Assembly (NCBI GenBank): GCA_041742075.1
Contig: JBGSJJ010000005.1
Coordinates: 97,481-161,480, forward strand
Direction of reading: 5' to 3'
DNA: 64,000 bases
Source: Minisyncoccia bacterium
GTDB taxonomy: Bacteria > Patescibacteriota > Minisyncoccia > Phycocordibacterales > UBA918
The notes beneath the pieces are model-generated. The model searched no databases and had not been told where the DNA came from. It saw nothing but the letters and a program-made list of their open reading frames with translations. Below are positions 19,269-28,765 of the stretch, piece after piece (within the stretch, counting starts at the first letter, position 1; the number at the start of each line of letters is the position of its first letter). A program made the translations under genes and the position numbers.

Positions 19269-19310
19269 TGTGTATAACTAGGCATTTTTCCAGTATGGAT
19301 TGGGTACAAT
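19269..19310 (+). promoter_or_regulatory. Promoter: TGTGTATAACT box (DnaA-box-like, TTATACACA on - strand) plus TACAAT -10
   Basis: The same 11-mer at nearly the same spacing to TACAAT recurs at 23726-23768. Confidence 0.5.
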
Positions 19311-19332
19311 AAGATGGAACCTTTAGTAATTT

Positions 19333-21198
19333 ATGTCGTACAACATGCAAGAGCTGTCATTTACAAGAACAACCGCGGGAAAAATTACGGTACTTACCAG
19401 TATCGTCGGAGTAGCAGTGTTTGCTGCCGTTTTCCTCTTTAACCTAGGAGCACAAGAGCTTCAGAAAGTTGAAGCACAAAGTTTAGCTACTACCACGCTA
19501 ACCGTGCTCAACACTCCGCCACAATGGACGGTGGACGCACAGGAACAACTCGGATCATCAACCTCTACCCCAACTAACTCGGGCACGCAAGTCTCATGGG
19601 TCGCAACTGCAACAGACCCAAGTAATCAGCCATATTTCTTGCTTTTGTGTGATACCGCAAACACCCCAACCGCTACTTCTGCCACTACAACCCTCGGCAC
19701 GAATCCACCACGCTGTAGTGCGACATCAACAGTTCGTTGGGCAGTTTCAACTTCTACTGTAAGTGGTCAGCAAGCGCGAGCAGCTACTACTACACTAGAA
19801 TCTTTTGCTGAGCAAAACACTTGGTACGCCTGGATTTGTGACGACGACTTTATTCTTCCTCGCTGTAACAGTCTCTCGAAGCAAGGAACCGGTACGACAT
19901 CTTCACCGTTTTTGGTAAACCATAGACCTAGAATCTCGAGCTTTACCAATGACTCGCCAACCTTACCGGGAGCAGTCGTTACCTTTAGCTCCTCATCGTC
20001 TGATCCTGACGTGGTTTCTTCACCAGACAGAATTCAACTGTTTGTTTGTTCAACCAACTCCTTTAGTACCACTACCCAAACTTGTAACGCGACAACAATT
20101 GCCACTTCCTCTCTCTTAACAAATAACGCATCAAGTAGCTACACTATTCCAATTCCATACGTTGACCAAAACTACAACGCCTTTGGTTTCATTCTTGATG
20201 AACATGGACATGACGCAAACCCACAAGGAGGACTCTCCGCTTTCACTGTAGCGAACGCGACTTCTACCATTAATCCCGGCGATATTACTCTGAATGGTAC
20301 CAGTACACTCATTTTGACGGTAGATGCTGGTCAAACGACTGGCTTCACACTCGACTTCACTGTAAATGATAATAATAGCTGTCTAAACTCAGCTAGTACA
20401 ACTGAGATTATCAATTACCAAGCCTCAGTCTTTAGAACGACGATTGGCTCATCTACCTGTAATGCCAATGGTACTTTTAACGCTAACAATTGTTATCCAA
20501 GCGGTGTGGGTACCTCAACCTGGAACCTGTCATGTACAGCATCTTCGACGAGTTGTACTGGAACAAGTGACACGACTAAGCTTTATAATTGTACGTTCCC
20601 GCTCTGGTACGTCGCTGATCCAACCGATGGTAGTGCTACAACGAGTATCCACTTTGCTACCGACTGGTCAGCCGCCGTATCTGCAGTAGACGATGACTTT
20701 GCCACAAGTTCGTTCACAACGGGTTCTATTGGTAAAGAATTGCAAGCCTTCCTCGCCTTTGCCCTTGATACGCTTGCCATTCCGTATGGTCAGCTTGAGC
20801 CAGGTAACTTCACACCGACCTTGACTGCATCCACTTCATTTAGAGCAACTGGAAACATTGGTCTTGACCAACGTCTGTCTGGAGAGGCTATGTGTAATAC
20901 CTATACAACAGCGGTAAATTGTCCAAACTCAGCCACTTCAACCATTCCTGAGTATGAACAAGTGTTCGCTACCTCAACTGTTGGCTACGGAGCAGCATCA
21001 ACCAGTGGTAATGTACTTTCTTCATCATCACCTGGAGTATTCCTAGACCTCAACGTACCAAAGTCTACTTCAACCAGTGTCCAGGCAACTGCTCGAACGT
21101 ACTGGGGTATCAACGTTCCGATTTCGATAACCTTCTCAGGTTCGTACACAGGTGAAAACACATTCATAGGTGTAGCAAGTAATCCACTCCAATGGTAA
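19333..21198 (+). CDS. Secreted Cys/Thr-rich protein, candidate fibre subunit (C-terminal pilin/WxL-like domain type A)
   Basis: Signal peptide ending VEA|QS; C-terminal ~320 aa homologous to the end of the giant ORF (ADPTD, YGxLxP, GNxxLD, YWGIxVP, GxNT). Confidence 0.8.
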   Translation: MSYNMQELSFTRTTAGKITVLTSIVGVAVFAAVFLFNLGAQELQKVEAQSLATTTLTVLNTPPQWTVDAQEQLGSSTSTPTNSGTQVSWVATATDPSNQPYFLLLCDTANTPTATSATTTLGTNPPRCSATSTVRWAVSTSTVSGQQARAATTTLESFAEQNTWYAWICDDDFILPRCNSLSKQGTGTTSSPFLVNHRPRISSFTNDSPTLPGAVVTFSSSSSDPDVVSSPDRIQLFVCSTNSFSTTTQTCNATTIATSSLLTNNASSSYTIPIPYVDQNYNAFGFILDEHGHDANPQGGLSAFTVANATSTINPGDITLNGTSTLILTVDAGQTTGFTLDFTVNDNNSCLNSASTTEIINYQASVFRTTIGSSTCNANGTFNANNCYPSGVGTSTWNLSCTASSTSCTGTSDTTKLYNCTFPLWYVADPTDGSATTSIHFATDWSAAVSAVDDDFATSSFTTGSIGKELQAFLAFALDTLAIPYGQLEPGNFTPTLTASTSFRATGNIGLDQRLSGEAMCNTYTTAVNCPNSATSTIPEYEQVFATSTVGYGAASTSGNVLSSSSPGVFLDLNVPKSTSTSVQATARTYWGINVPISITFSGSYTGENTFIGVASNPLQW

Positions 21199-21222
21199 TA
21201 CGAAGTAGCAAATAAAGTTTAT

Positions 21223-21262
21223 AAGAACCGCTGCTATCAGAACAGCGGTTCTTGCTTTATTT
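21223..21262 (+). terminator. Rho-independent terminator
   Basis: 11-bp stem aagaaccgctg/cagcggttctt followed by gctttattt, just after the 621 aa gene. Confidence 0.75.
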
Positions 21263-21282
21263 CAGGTTATTGTCGATAATTA

Positions 21283-22236
21283 GTGAAACTTATAACTGGC
21301 AAAATGTATCGTCTCTTTTCATTATCATCAGTCATAATTTTCTTTTTCGTGCTCACGGCTGAAGTGGCTCTGGCAGGTTTTGGAGTTACACCTCCGTATG
21401 TTCGTAACACGAGTCTTACTCGTAATTCAACGTATGAGCAGCAAATTTTAATTGTTCGTGGTGACCCGAACGTTCCCCTTAAGGCGTCTATTTTAGTTGA
21501 CGCGCCTGGCTTCTCTGAATGGATTGAAGTTGTTGAAGGAACAGAGTTTGTCCTCCCACGCGGTGAGCAAAAAGTACCAATGACGGTTCGTGTTCGAATA
21601 CCTGATGATGCTGAGTTTAAAAACTACACAGGTTCAATTCGTATCAAGACCGGAGCGGTAGACGATCAGGTTAGTGCTGGAGCGGTAAACATTTCTCTCG
21701 GGGCACAGATTGACCTAGAACTTAACGTCATCGATAAAGTCATCAAAGACTTCAAGGTACGTAAAATTGGTATCAGTGACTTAAACGAAGGAACAAAGAT
21801 TGGGTGGTTGTATTTTCCGGGAAAGATAAATTTCTCAATCGTACTTGAAAACACGGGTAACGTTGACGTAGCGCCGTCTAAAGTTGTCTTCAGAATTTAT
21901 GACGCCACTGGCTCAGTCTTGCTCGAAGAGACAAAGAACAAAGGCAAGATAGAACTCGTAAAGCCGTTTGCTGTGGAAGAGGTTGTCGCCTACTTACCAA
22001 CTTTTCTACCAAAAGGAACCTACCTCGCACGCTACCAAATATTTAATGACGATGAATCAAAGCTTGAAGGCGAGCTAAACCTCAGTATATTGCCGTACGG
22101 CACCCTTCAAGCAGCTGGCTTTGGGTTTAGTGGTCTTTCTCTCATGCATAAGGCATCAGTGATAATGCCAATTGTGGCTATCTTAGTTATCATACTTCTG
22201 TTTTTCATTTCAAGACGACGTAATCGTGTTCGTTAA
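21283..22236 (+). CDS. DUF916/DUF3324-like (WxL-interacting or chaperone-like) membrane-anchored protein
   Basis: Signal peptide, FGVTPP start of first Ig domain, LENTGNV in second domain, C-terminal TM plus RRRNRVR. Alternative start ATG 21304. Confidence 0.7.
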   Translation: MKLITGKMYRLFSLSSVIIFFFVLTAEVALAGFGVTPPYVRNTSLTRNSTYEQQILIVRGDPNVPLKASILVDAPGFSEWIEVVEGTEFVLPRGEQKVPMTVRVRIPDDAEFKNYTGSIRIKTGAVDDQVSAGAVNISLGAQIDLELNVIDKVIKDFKVRKIGISDLNEGTKIGWLYFPGKINFSIVLENTGNVDVAPSKVVFRIYDATGSVLLEETKNKGKIELVKPFAVEEVVAYLPTFLPKGTYLARYQIFNDDESKLEGELNLSILPYGTLQAAGFGFSGLSLMHKASVIMPIVAILVIILLFFISRRRNRVR

Positions 22237-22251
22237 ACAGAAATAGGGTAT

Positions 22252-23361
22252 ATGATCTTATTTTCTAGAAACATATTTCTGGTAGCACTCATCTTTGTTT
22301 TGTTGCCACAGCAATTACTAGCACAGTCATATATTGCAACAACGACACTCAGTTTAAGTATTTGTGGTGATTCAGTGATAAACCCTGGCGAAGAATGTGA
22401 CATACCATCCGAGACTGGTGTCTATAGTACGACTATTGTTGGGCGACAATGCAATGTTAACTGTCAGTTTGGTCCCTACTGTGGAGATGGAATTTTGCAG
22501 ACGCTGTTTAGTGAAGAGTGCGATGACGGTAACAACGATGACGCTGACTTCTGTAGTAGTACCTGTACGATTGAACCAGCTGGTTCAGGTGGTGGTGGTT
22601 CCTCTGGTGGTGGTGGTTCCTCCGGCGGGAGTAGCCGAGACCTGGGGGATACAGAGATTAGTGTCACGGGACGGGCGTATCCAAACCAGACGGTCAACAT
22701 TACGCTTGATGGTAATTCTGTTGGATCAGTTCGTGCTGACTCTCAAGGACGATTTGATTTTACTACCGCAGCTTCCCCAGGAACAGTTTCGATGGGTTTT
22801 TGGGCAAACGACAATCAAGGTACTCGCTCGATAACGCTCAACAATACCTTTGACGTTACTCAAGGAGCCATAACGAACATTGCAAGTATTTTACTTCCAC
22901 CGACACTCCGCGTGAATAGTACCCAAATCGATCCCGGCGCAACAGTCACGTTTAGTGGTCAAGCGCTTCCTAACGCCACGGTACAAGTCCATATCGACGG
23001 TAGTCGTATTGTACAGACCACAACGGCTAACACACTCGGTGTATGGACGCTTAACTACGCCACAAATGCACTCACGCCAAAAGCGTACCCAGTAAAAGCC
23101 CGCTACCAGATCGGAGTTCCACCACTTGTAACTGAAAGTAACTTCAGCTCTACCTTACAACTCTTTGTCGGTGTGGAAGGGCAGTCAAGTACACCGTCCG
23201 ACCTCAGTCGTGACGGCAGGGTAAACCTTACTGACTTTTCTATTCTTATTTTCTGGTGGAATAGTAATGGTGGTGATTCTGACCCTCCGGCTGACATAAA
23301 CAATAACGACCGAGTCGGAATCGAAGACTTTTCTATATTGCTGTTTAATTGGACCGGATAG
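22252..23361 (+). CDS. Secreted protein: Myxococcus Cys-rich repeats (DUF4215-like), Ig-like domains and C-terminal dockerin
   Basis: CGD...GEECD and CGDGILQ..EECDDGN..D.D.CSSTC; two EF-hand-like dockerin repeats DLSRDGRVNLTDFSIL and DINNNDRVGIEDFSILL. Confidence 0.85.
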   Translation: MILFSRNIFLVALIFVLLPQQLLAQSYIATTTLSLSICGDSVINPGEECDIPSETGVYSTTIVGRQCNVNCQFGPYCGDGILQTLFSEECDDGNNDDADFCSSTCTIEPAGSGGGGSSGGGGSSGGSSRDLGDTEISVTGRAYPNQTVNITLDGNSVGSVRADSQGRFDFTTAASPGTVSMGFWANDNQGTRSITLNNTFDVTQGAITNIASILLPPTLRVNSTQIDPGATVTFSGQALPNATVQVHIDGSRIVQTTTANTLGVWTLNYATNALTPKAYPVKARYQIGVPPLVTESNFSSTLQLFVGVEGQSSTPSDLSRDGRVNLTDFSILIFWWNSNGGDSDPPADINNNDRVGIEDFSILLFNWTG

Positions 23362-23368
23362 GAAAATG

Positions 23369-23637
23369 AGCAAAGGAGCGTCGCGACTATTGCGAATTTT
23401 CTTCCCAATTCGCCCCTTTCCTAGGTCAGCGTAGAATTTTCATTAGCAATAGAAAATTCTACGTATGAAAAACATAGTCGCTACGCTCGTTGTTTTTCAC
23501 AATTGCTCCCAGGCGCACTCCAACCTTTGCTGAGCATCACTAGTTCTTACTAATTATTTAAATCACTCCCGTGGCGACTATTGCGAATTTTCTTCAGCGC
23601 TATTTTATTCCTAGATAAAACATCGGCGCAATACCAC
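23369..23637. repeat. Palindrome-rich intergenic element with a 22-bp direct repeat
   Basis: gcgactattgcgaattttcttc at 23383-23404 and 23574-23595; perfect stems cgtagaattttc/gaaaattctacg and tgaaaaaca/tgtttttca. Confidence 0.65.
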
Positions 23638-23725
23638 ATAATTTCAAAGTAAATTTGCGTAGTAATTATAAATTTTCTATAGACATTTGCTATTTTGCTG
23701 TCAGAGAAATATAAATTGGCATTTT

Positions 23726-23768
23726 TGTGTATAACTTGCACCCGTAAAAATGTACTGCACGCTACAAT
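23726..23768 (+). promoter_or_regulatory. Promoter: TGTGTATAACT box plus TACAAT -10, giving a ~230 nt leader for the 381 aa gene
   Basis: Matches the architecture at 19269-19310. Confidence 0.5.
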
Positions 23769-24008
23769 GTAAATGTATTTGTTACAGAGGTAACTCATTA
23801 GATGGTTACTGCACTTAGTTCGCGTACTATAGTGGGCACTTCAGCCGGGTGTTATGTAGCAAATATGCTTATGGACATTTATCAATAAGGAGGTGTGGAG
23901 ACCAACTTATTATACGTACCACAACACCACAGTGGTATTGACTCACATACTAATGATGTACAACTCGTTTTTATAGTGAGGGACATAGGCTAAAAACAAC
24001 GTAGAGCT

Positions 24009-25154
24009 ATGCTTAAAACGGAAAAAACCGTTACGCAGCTCAAAACTATTGCAATGGTTGCAGGCCTCGCGATTATTTTATGGTCGCTTGGACTGCCGTA
24101 TATCCAGCTTGCTGGAGCCGCTAATGTTACAAACTTTAGCGACACACTATCAGACTCAGCCCCAAATGCATTATCAAATCATACACTTGTGTATGAAGCG
24201 ACCAGCGGTGTTGCAAACGGTGAAACTATCGTCCTTACGTTCGAAGCAGGCTTCGACCTACTCGCGGTAGATTTCAGTGACATTGATCTCTCAGGAGATA
24301 CCTTCGGTCCATTTGACCTCGCAGCGACCTGCGGAGTTGGTGTCGAGGCCAGCGTGGCCACTTCATCTGGACCAACCATTACACTTGATTTGTGTGCTGG
24401 TGAAGGAGGAGTAATCGCTGCTGACGAGGAAGTAACTATTCTCATCGGTCTAAATGCATCTGGCGGAGACGCACAGATTAGAAACCCAGGAACCGCTGTT
24501 TCTTATGACATCACTCTTGATAGTGGTTCAGAGGACAGTGGCGCAACAATTGTTGCGATTGTTGCCAGCGTTACTGTGACGGCTGCCGTAAATACCATCT
24601 TTACCTTTACGGTAGATGGTGTAGGTGGAGGTCAAAACGTAAACGGAGTAACAACTACTGGAGTAAGTTCTTCTACAGGAATTGCGTTTGGAACGTTGTC
24701 TCCGGGAGTAGCTTCAACGGCCGCTCAAGATCTTACAGTTGAAACAAATGCTAGTAATGGCTTTGTAGTAACGGTACAGACTGACGGTCCACTTGAATCT
24801 TCAACTGGAGCAGACATCGATTCATACAATGAAGGGTCTGACACAGACACTCCATCGGGTCCATGGTCAGCACCAAACGGAGTTATAGGTCAAGAGAATA
24901 CGTATGGTCACTGGGGTATTACTTCAAATGATCAAAATACACAGGGCGCTCGAGCATCAGATTTTGCTACAAGCACCTTCTCTGCAGCGAGTACAACTCC
25001 TCGCATCGTAATGGCCCATAATGACGTTGCTGACGCAAACGAGCCAGGAATTGGTATTGCGCGCGTAGGGTATCAAATAGAAATTACTTCGCTTCAAGAA
25101 GCGGGTGATGACTACACGACTACACTAACGTACGTTGCTACACCATCATTCTAA
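24009..25154 (+). CDS. Secreted acidic protein, candidate major fibre subunit (C-terminal WxL/pilin-like domain type B)
   Basis: Signal peptide; IAFGTL...QDLTVETNASNGF...QEAGDDYTTTLTYVATPSF, homologous to the C-terminus of the ~2060 aa ORF; own promoter and terminator. Confidence 0.8.
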   Translation: MLKTEKTVTQLKTIAMVAGLAIILWSLGLPYIQLAGAANVTNFSDTLSDSAPNALSNHTLVYEATSGVANGETIVLTFEAGFDLLAVDFSDIDLSGDTFGPFDLAATCGVGVEASVATSSGPTITLDLCAGEGGVIAADEEVTILIGLNASGGDAQIRNPGTAVSYDITLDSGSEDSGATIVAIVASVTVTAAVNTIFTFTVDGVGGGQNVNGVTTTGVSSSTGIAFGTLSPGVASTAAQDLTVETNASNGFVVTVQTDGPLESSTGADIDSYNEGSDTDTPSGPWSAPNGVIGQENTYGHWGITSNDQNTQGARASDFATSTFSAASTTPRIVMAHNDVADANEPGIGIARVGYQIEITSLQEAGDDYTTTLTYVATPSF

Positions 25155-25214
25155 GTAGAAGAAAAGGTACAAATCTCTCATTGCAATAGTAGAGCTACGC
25201 AAATAAACCTATCT

Positions 25215-25236
25215 CCCACCACGAGGTGGGTTTTTT
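25215..25236 (+). terminator. Rho-independent terminator
   Basis: cccacc-acga-ggtggg followed by tttttt. Confidence 0.85.
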
Positions 25237-25290
25237 GCTGTTCACATTTTTAGTCACAAACTGAGAGAGATTGTTGCTATACTAAAGGAA

Positions 25291-26328
25291 ATGAAACGCG
25301 CAATTTGCCTTATTCTTTGTAGTGGTATTTTTCTAAGTAGTGGCAGTTATGTGTCGGCAGCTACGCTTTACATGGACCCAAATAAAATTGAGCTGATGCG
25401 TGGCGACACCAGTGTTTTTTCTCTTAGACTAAATACTGACCCGGGCGAATGTATAAACGTTGTTGATGCCGTCATAACCTATACAGAAAATATTGAACCG
25501 GTTGATATTTCTCGCGGTAATTCAATCTTGTCTATCTGGGTAGAGGAGCCAAAAATTAACAAAGAAAATCGAACCATTACGTTTGCTGGCGGGATCCCTA
25601 ATGGGTACTGTGGTCGGATAGCTGGTGACCCGAGACTTACGAACAACTTGGTAGATATTTTGTTTATGTCACCGGGTCTTTCTATTGGAACAACAGAAAA
25701 TGGCAACTTGGCCAAGATTAACTACGGTGAGCAAACGCGTGTGCTATTAAATGACGGCTTTGGTACTGAAGCACCACGACAGCTCTTTGGAGCAGAAATC
25801 ACTCTGTCACCTAATGCTGGTTCGCAGGTCAATAACGAGTGGCTTGATAGAGTGGAGGCCGATGAAATTCCTCCCGAAGACTTTACGGTAAGTCTTGAAC
25901 AAACACCAAATGCTTTTGGCGGAAAGTACTTTATTGTTTTTAATACCACCGACAAGCAAACCGGTTTAGCGTACTATGAGGTAATTGAGGAACCGCTTGA
26001 ACTCATCAATCTTTTCAGTTGGGGTGCCGCCGATGCTCCGTGGAGAGAGACGCAAAGTCCATACGTGCTAAAGGACCAGACACTTAACAGTACTATCCGC
26101 GTTCGGGCGGTGGATAAAGCTGGTAATGAGTATATGGCTACTTTGATTCCAGATGAATCAAGACGAGGCATCCCAATGCCATACCTGCTTATTTTTGGAG
26201 CGATACTGGTGCTTACGGTTGGCCTACTAACTCTCGGATACGTTCTAATTCGTCGATTCAAGGCTAGAAAATCAGAAGACCACTCTTCAGACAATGATAC
26301 GCTCGAGGAAGATGAAGTTGAAGAATAA
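25291..26328 (+). CDS. Cohesin-domain protein with C-terminal TM anchor
   Basis: Signal peptide; ATLYMDP...GECINVVDAVITY...SILSIW..EP...ITFAGGIPNGY; C-terminal TM plus basic residues; TGCTATACT at 25275. Confidence 0.78.
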   Translation: MKRAICLILCSGIFLSSGSYVSAATLYMDPNKIELMRGDTSVFSLRLNTDPGECINVVDAVITYTENIEPVDISRGNSILSIWVEEPKINKENRTITFAGGIPNGYCGRIAGDPRLTNNLVDILFMSPGLSIGTTENGNLAKINYGEQTRVLLNDGFGTEAPRQLFGAEITLSPNAGSQVNNEWLDRVEADEIPPEDFTVSLEQTPNAFGGKYFIVFNTTDKQTGLAYYEVIEEPLELINLFSWGAADAPWRETQSPYVLKDQTLNSTIRVRAVDKAGNEYMATLIPDESRRGIPMPYLLIFGAILVLTVGLLTLGYVLIRRFKARKSEDHSSDNDTLEEDEVEE

Positions 26329-26329
26329 T

Positions 26330-28093
26330 ATGAGTGCGTATTTATTTAAAAACATATATTCAACTGTCTACCTAGTCGTACTAATGGTGTTTGTGTGTTT
26401 AGGTTTTACACTTCAGGCTGAAGCTGCAACACTATCATTTTCACCAAGTACCGGTGTATACCAAAGTGGTAAAACGTTTACCGCTAGTGTTGTCATAAAT
26501 ACAGAGGGTCAATCAATCAACGCGGCAGAAGGAACGATAAAGTTTAACCCCGGCGAGCTATCAGTAGTTAGTGTAACGAAAGGCTCGCTTTTTAATCTCT
26601 GGACAGCAGAACCAACGTTTTCTAATTCAGCTGGTACCATCTCATTTAGTGGCGGTAACCCAACTGGGTACAAGGGATCAGCTGGTACGGTACTGACTAT
26701 TACGTTTAGGGCAACAGGGAGCGGTTCAGCTAAAACTTCCTTTGGTAGTGGGGCTGTTCTGGCAGCAGACGGGAGGGGTACTAACGTACTTTCTACCATG
26801 GGTAGTGGCAACTACACGATTAGTTCACAAACTACTACACCGACTGAAGAAGTGATTATTGAGTATGTAGCTCCCGCGAATACTCCCGGGGCACCAGTTA
26901 TAACCTCAACTACTCACAGTGACTCAAGTAAATGGTACAAGCAAAAAACTGCTGAGTTGAGTTGGAAACTACCGGCGGGAGTGACGGGTGTACGCACCTC
27001 GCTCGATACGTCGCCGTCTGGGGTACCGACTAAAGTCTACGACAGTCCGATTTCAAGCATCTCACTCCCTGACCTAGACGAAGGGGTTTCGTACTTTCAC
27101 TTACAATTTCGAAACGCAGATGGCTGGGGCAAAATTACCCATTATCGTCTCGCGATAGACTCTGAAGCACCTTCTGCCTTTACCTTGGCAGTAAAGGAAG
27201 GTTCAGATAGCGCTAGCCCAACCCAGACGCTTTCGTACCAGGTAACTGACGAGTCGTCTTCCGTCAATAGATTTATGCTTCAAATAGACGGTGCTGAAGC
27301 AATTGAGTATATTGATTCTGACAAGAAAGGTGAAATTATTTTGCCGGAGCTTAAACCTGGGTATCACACCATTGTTGTAGAGGCCTTTGATGAAGCGGGA
27401 AATGGCACGTTGGCTACGATTTCGTTAACGATTGAGTCATTTGATAAGCCAGTCTTTACCGAGTACCCAACGAGTATCGACAACACTGTTATTCCAGTCA
27501 TTAAAGGTAAGACGCGTCCGCAAGCGACTGTTAAAGTCACCTTTACACAAGTCGGTGTGGGAGTCTCTTCAAGTGATACCGTTAAAACCTATGAAGTCGG
27601 AGCGGGAGAAAATGGCGAATTTGTTGTTATTCCTGACGGTAGACTAGGGTATGGTGTCTATGAACTCAGCGCCATTGCGTTAGATACAAGCGGTGCCCAA
27701 AGTGACATATCTGAGATAATCCGAATAGTAGTTGAAGAGCCGGGTTACGTACGTTTTGGCACCTTTGCTATCAGTGTACTTTCAGTGGTTATTCCACTTT
27801 TGGCACTCTGTATCCTGCTGTTTGTCAGTGTGTGGTTTATTTTGGTACGAACGAGACTGCTTAAAAAGGGAGTGGTGAGAGAAGCGCATGAAGCAGAAGC
27901 CATGCTGGTACGAGAGTTTAAAGAGCTACGAACGCTACTTGATTCGCAAAAGGAAGTTTTGATAGCTTCTCGAAAGGGAGGTAAAATGACTAAGTCTGAG
28001 TCAGACCTCATAGATGAACTCGCACATGCCCTGCGGGAGTCTGAGAATCGAGTCATGAAAGAGATAGAAGATGTTAATAAGCTTGTCGAATAA
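26330..28093 (+). CDS. Cohesin-domain protein with Ig-like repeats, TM and cytoplasmic coiled coil
   Basis: ATLSFSPSTG...SINAAEGTIKF...SLFNLW.AEP...ISFSGGNPTGYKG; TM near the C-terminus; start chosen just after the upstream stop. Confidence 0.8.
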   Translation: MSAYLFKNIYSTVYLVVLMVFVCLGFTLQAEAATLSFSPSTGVYQSGKTFTASVVINTEGQSINAAEGTIKFNPGELSVVSVTKGSLFNLWTAEPTFSNSAGTISFSGGNPTGYKGSAGTVLTITFRATGSGSAKTSFGSGAVLAADGRGTNVLSTMGSGNYTISSQTTTPTEEVIIEYVAPANTPGAPVITSTTHSDSSKWYKQKTAELSWKLPAGVTGVRTSLDTSPSGVPTKVYDSPISSISLPDLDEGVSYFHLQFRNADGWGKITHYRLAIDSEAPSAFTLAVKEGSDSASPTQTLSYQVTDESSSVNRFMLQIDGAEAIEYIDSDKKGEIILPELKPGYHTIVVEAFDEAGNGTLATISLTIESFDKPVFTEYPTSIDNTVIPVIKGKTRPQATVKVTFTQVGVGVSSSDTVKTYEVGAGENGEFVVIPDGRLGYGVYELSAIALDTSGAQSDISEIIRIVVEEPGYVRFGTFAISVLSVVIPLLALCILLFVSVWFILVRTRLLKKGVVREAHEAEAMLVREFKELRTLLDSQKEVLIASRKGGKMTKSESDLIDELAHALRESENRVMKEIEDVNKLVE

Positions 28094-28103
28094 TCAGAAT
28101 GAT

Positions 28104-28757
28104 ATGAATAAGGATGCGTATATGAAAATTACTTTGTTGGCACTCGTCGGCTTTTTTGTAGTCGCAGTTGTTCTCTATATTGGAATTCAACAACGACTTC
28201 TTGGATCACTGACGAGTATTATCCAAAATGAAGAACAACTACAACGCGAGTACTCAACGCACCTAGCCAACAATACAGCCCCAGGTGATGTCGCCAGTTA
28301 TTACACAGACTGTAAAACTGAGTCACGCTCTGAGTATGAGCGACTTCTTTCAATCATAACAACTTTGTCTATACCTGAGCTTGAGAAGCTCGATCAGCTT
28401 TTTGTCGAATGTGCGTATTTTTATCCAGTCCAACAAGGTATAGTCTTGACTAAGCTTAAAGACTTAAACAGTACCTATACCAAACACATTGCGCTCTATG
28501 ATTCACTCTGGTTTGACAACGTGTACGCTAAAAGAGCGGACGTATGGGAACAAATTATTAAAGAAGAGTCATTAAAACACGATTTGACCCGTGAACTCGT
28601 AGCTATCCAGAAAAGTATTATTGAAGAACTCCGTAAAGGGACTCCTAAAGAAAATGAAGCAATTGAGTCACAGCGTAGTCGAGCTGACGAGATTTTGGTA
28701 GGAATACTTACTGCTCGTAACGAGTTAAATAGACTGCAGACAGAACTTAGCTATTAG
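28104..28757 (+). CDS. Hypothetical membrane-anchored helical protein
   Basis: N-terminal TM, one Cys pair, coiled-coil character; start uncertain (28104 or 28122). Confidence 0.7.
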   Translation: MNKDAYMKITLLALVGFFVVAVVLYIGIQQRLLGSLTSIIQNEEQLQREYSTHLANNTAPGDVASYYTDCKTESRSEYERLLSIITTLSIPELEKLDQLFVECAYFYPVQQGIVLTKLKDLNSTYTKHIALYDSLWFDNVYAKRADVWEQIIKEESLKHDLTRELVAIQKSIIEELRKGTPKENEAIESQRSRADEILVGILTARNELNRLQTELSY

Positions 28758-28765
28758 TAGCATCT

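Noticed and set aside
23383-23595. Possible CRISPR array from the 22-bp direct repeat
   Set aside because: Only two copies, a 169 nt gap and no cas genes.
23550-23798. 82 aa minus-strand ORF
   Set aside because: AT-rich intergenic/promoter DNA with a non-protein-like sequence.
23833-23870. TGGGCACTT resembling the c-di-GMP-II riboswitch core
   Set aside because: The downstream AGTGCAACCG pseudoknot partner and the upstream conserved elements are absent.
23886-23993. Perfect SD-like TAAGGAGGT followed by a ~32 codon GTG ORF
   Set aside because: GTG abuts the SD with no spacer, SD use appears rare here and the peptide is featureless.
24001-25197. 9-bp direct repeat gtagagcta flanking the 381 aa gene (possible target-site duplication)
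   Set aside because: No terminal inverted repeats or transposase; the gene is integral to the locus; plausible by chance.
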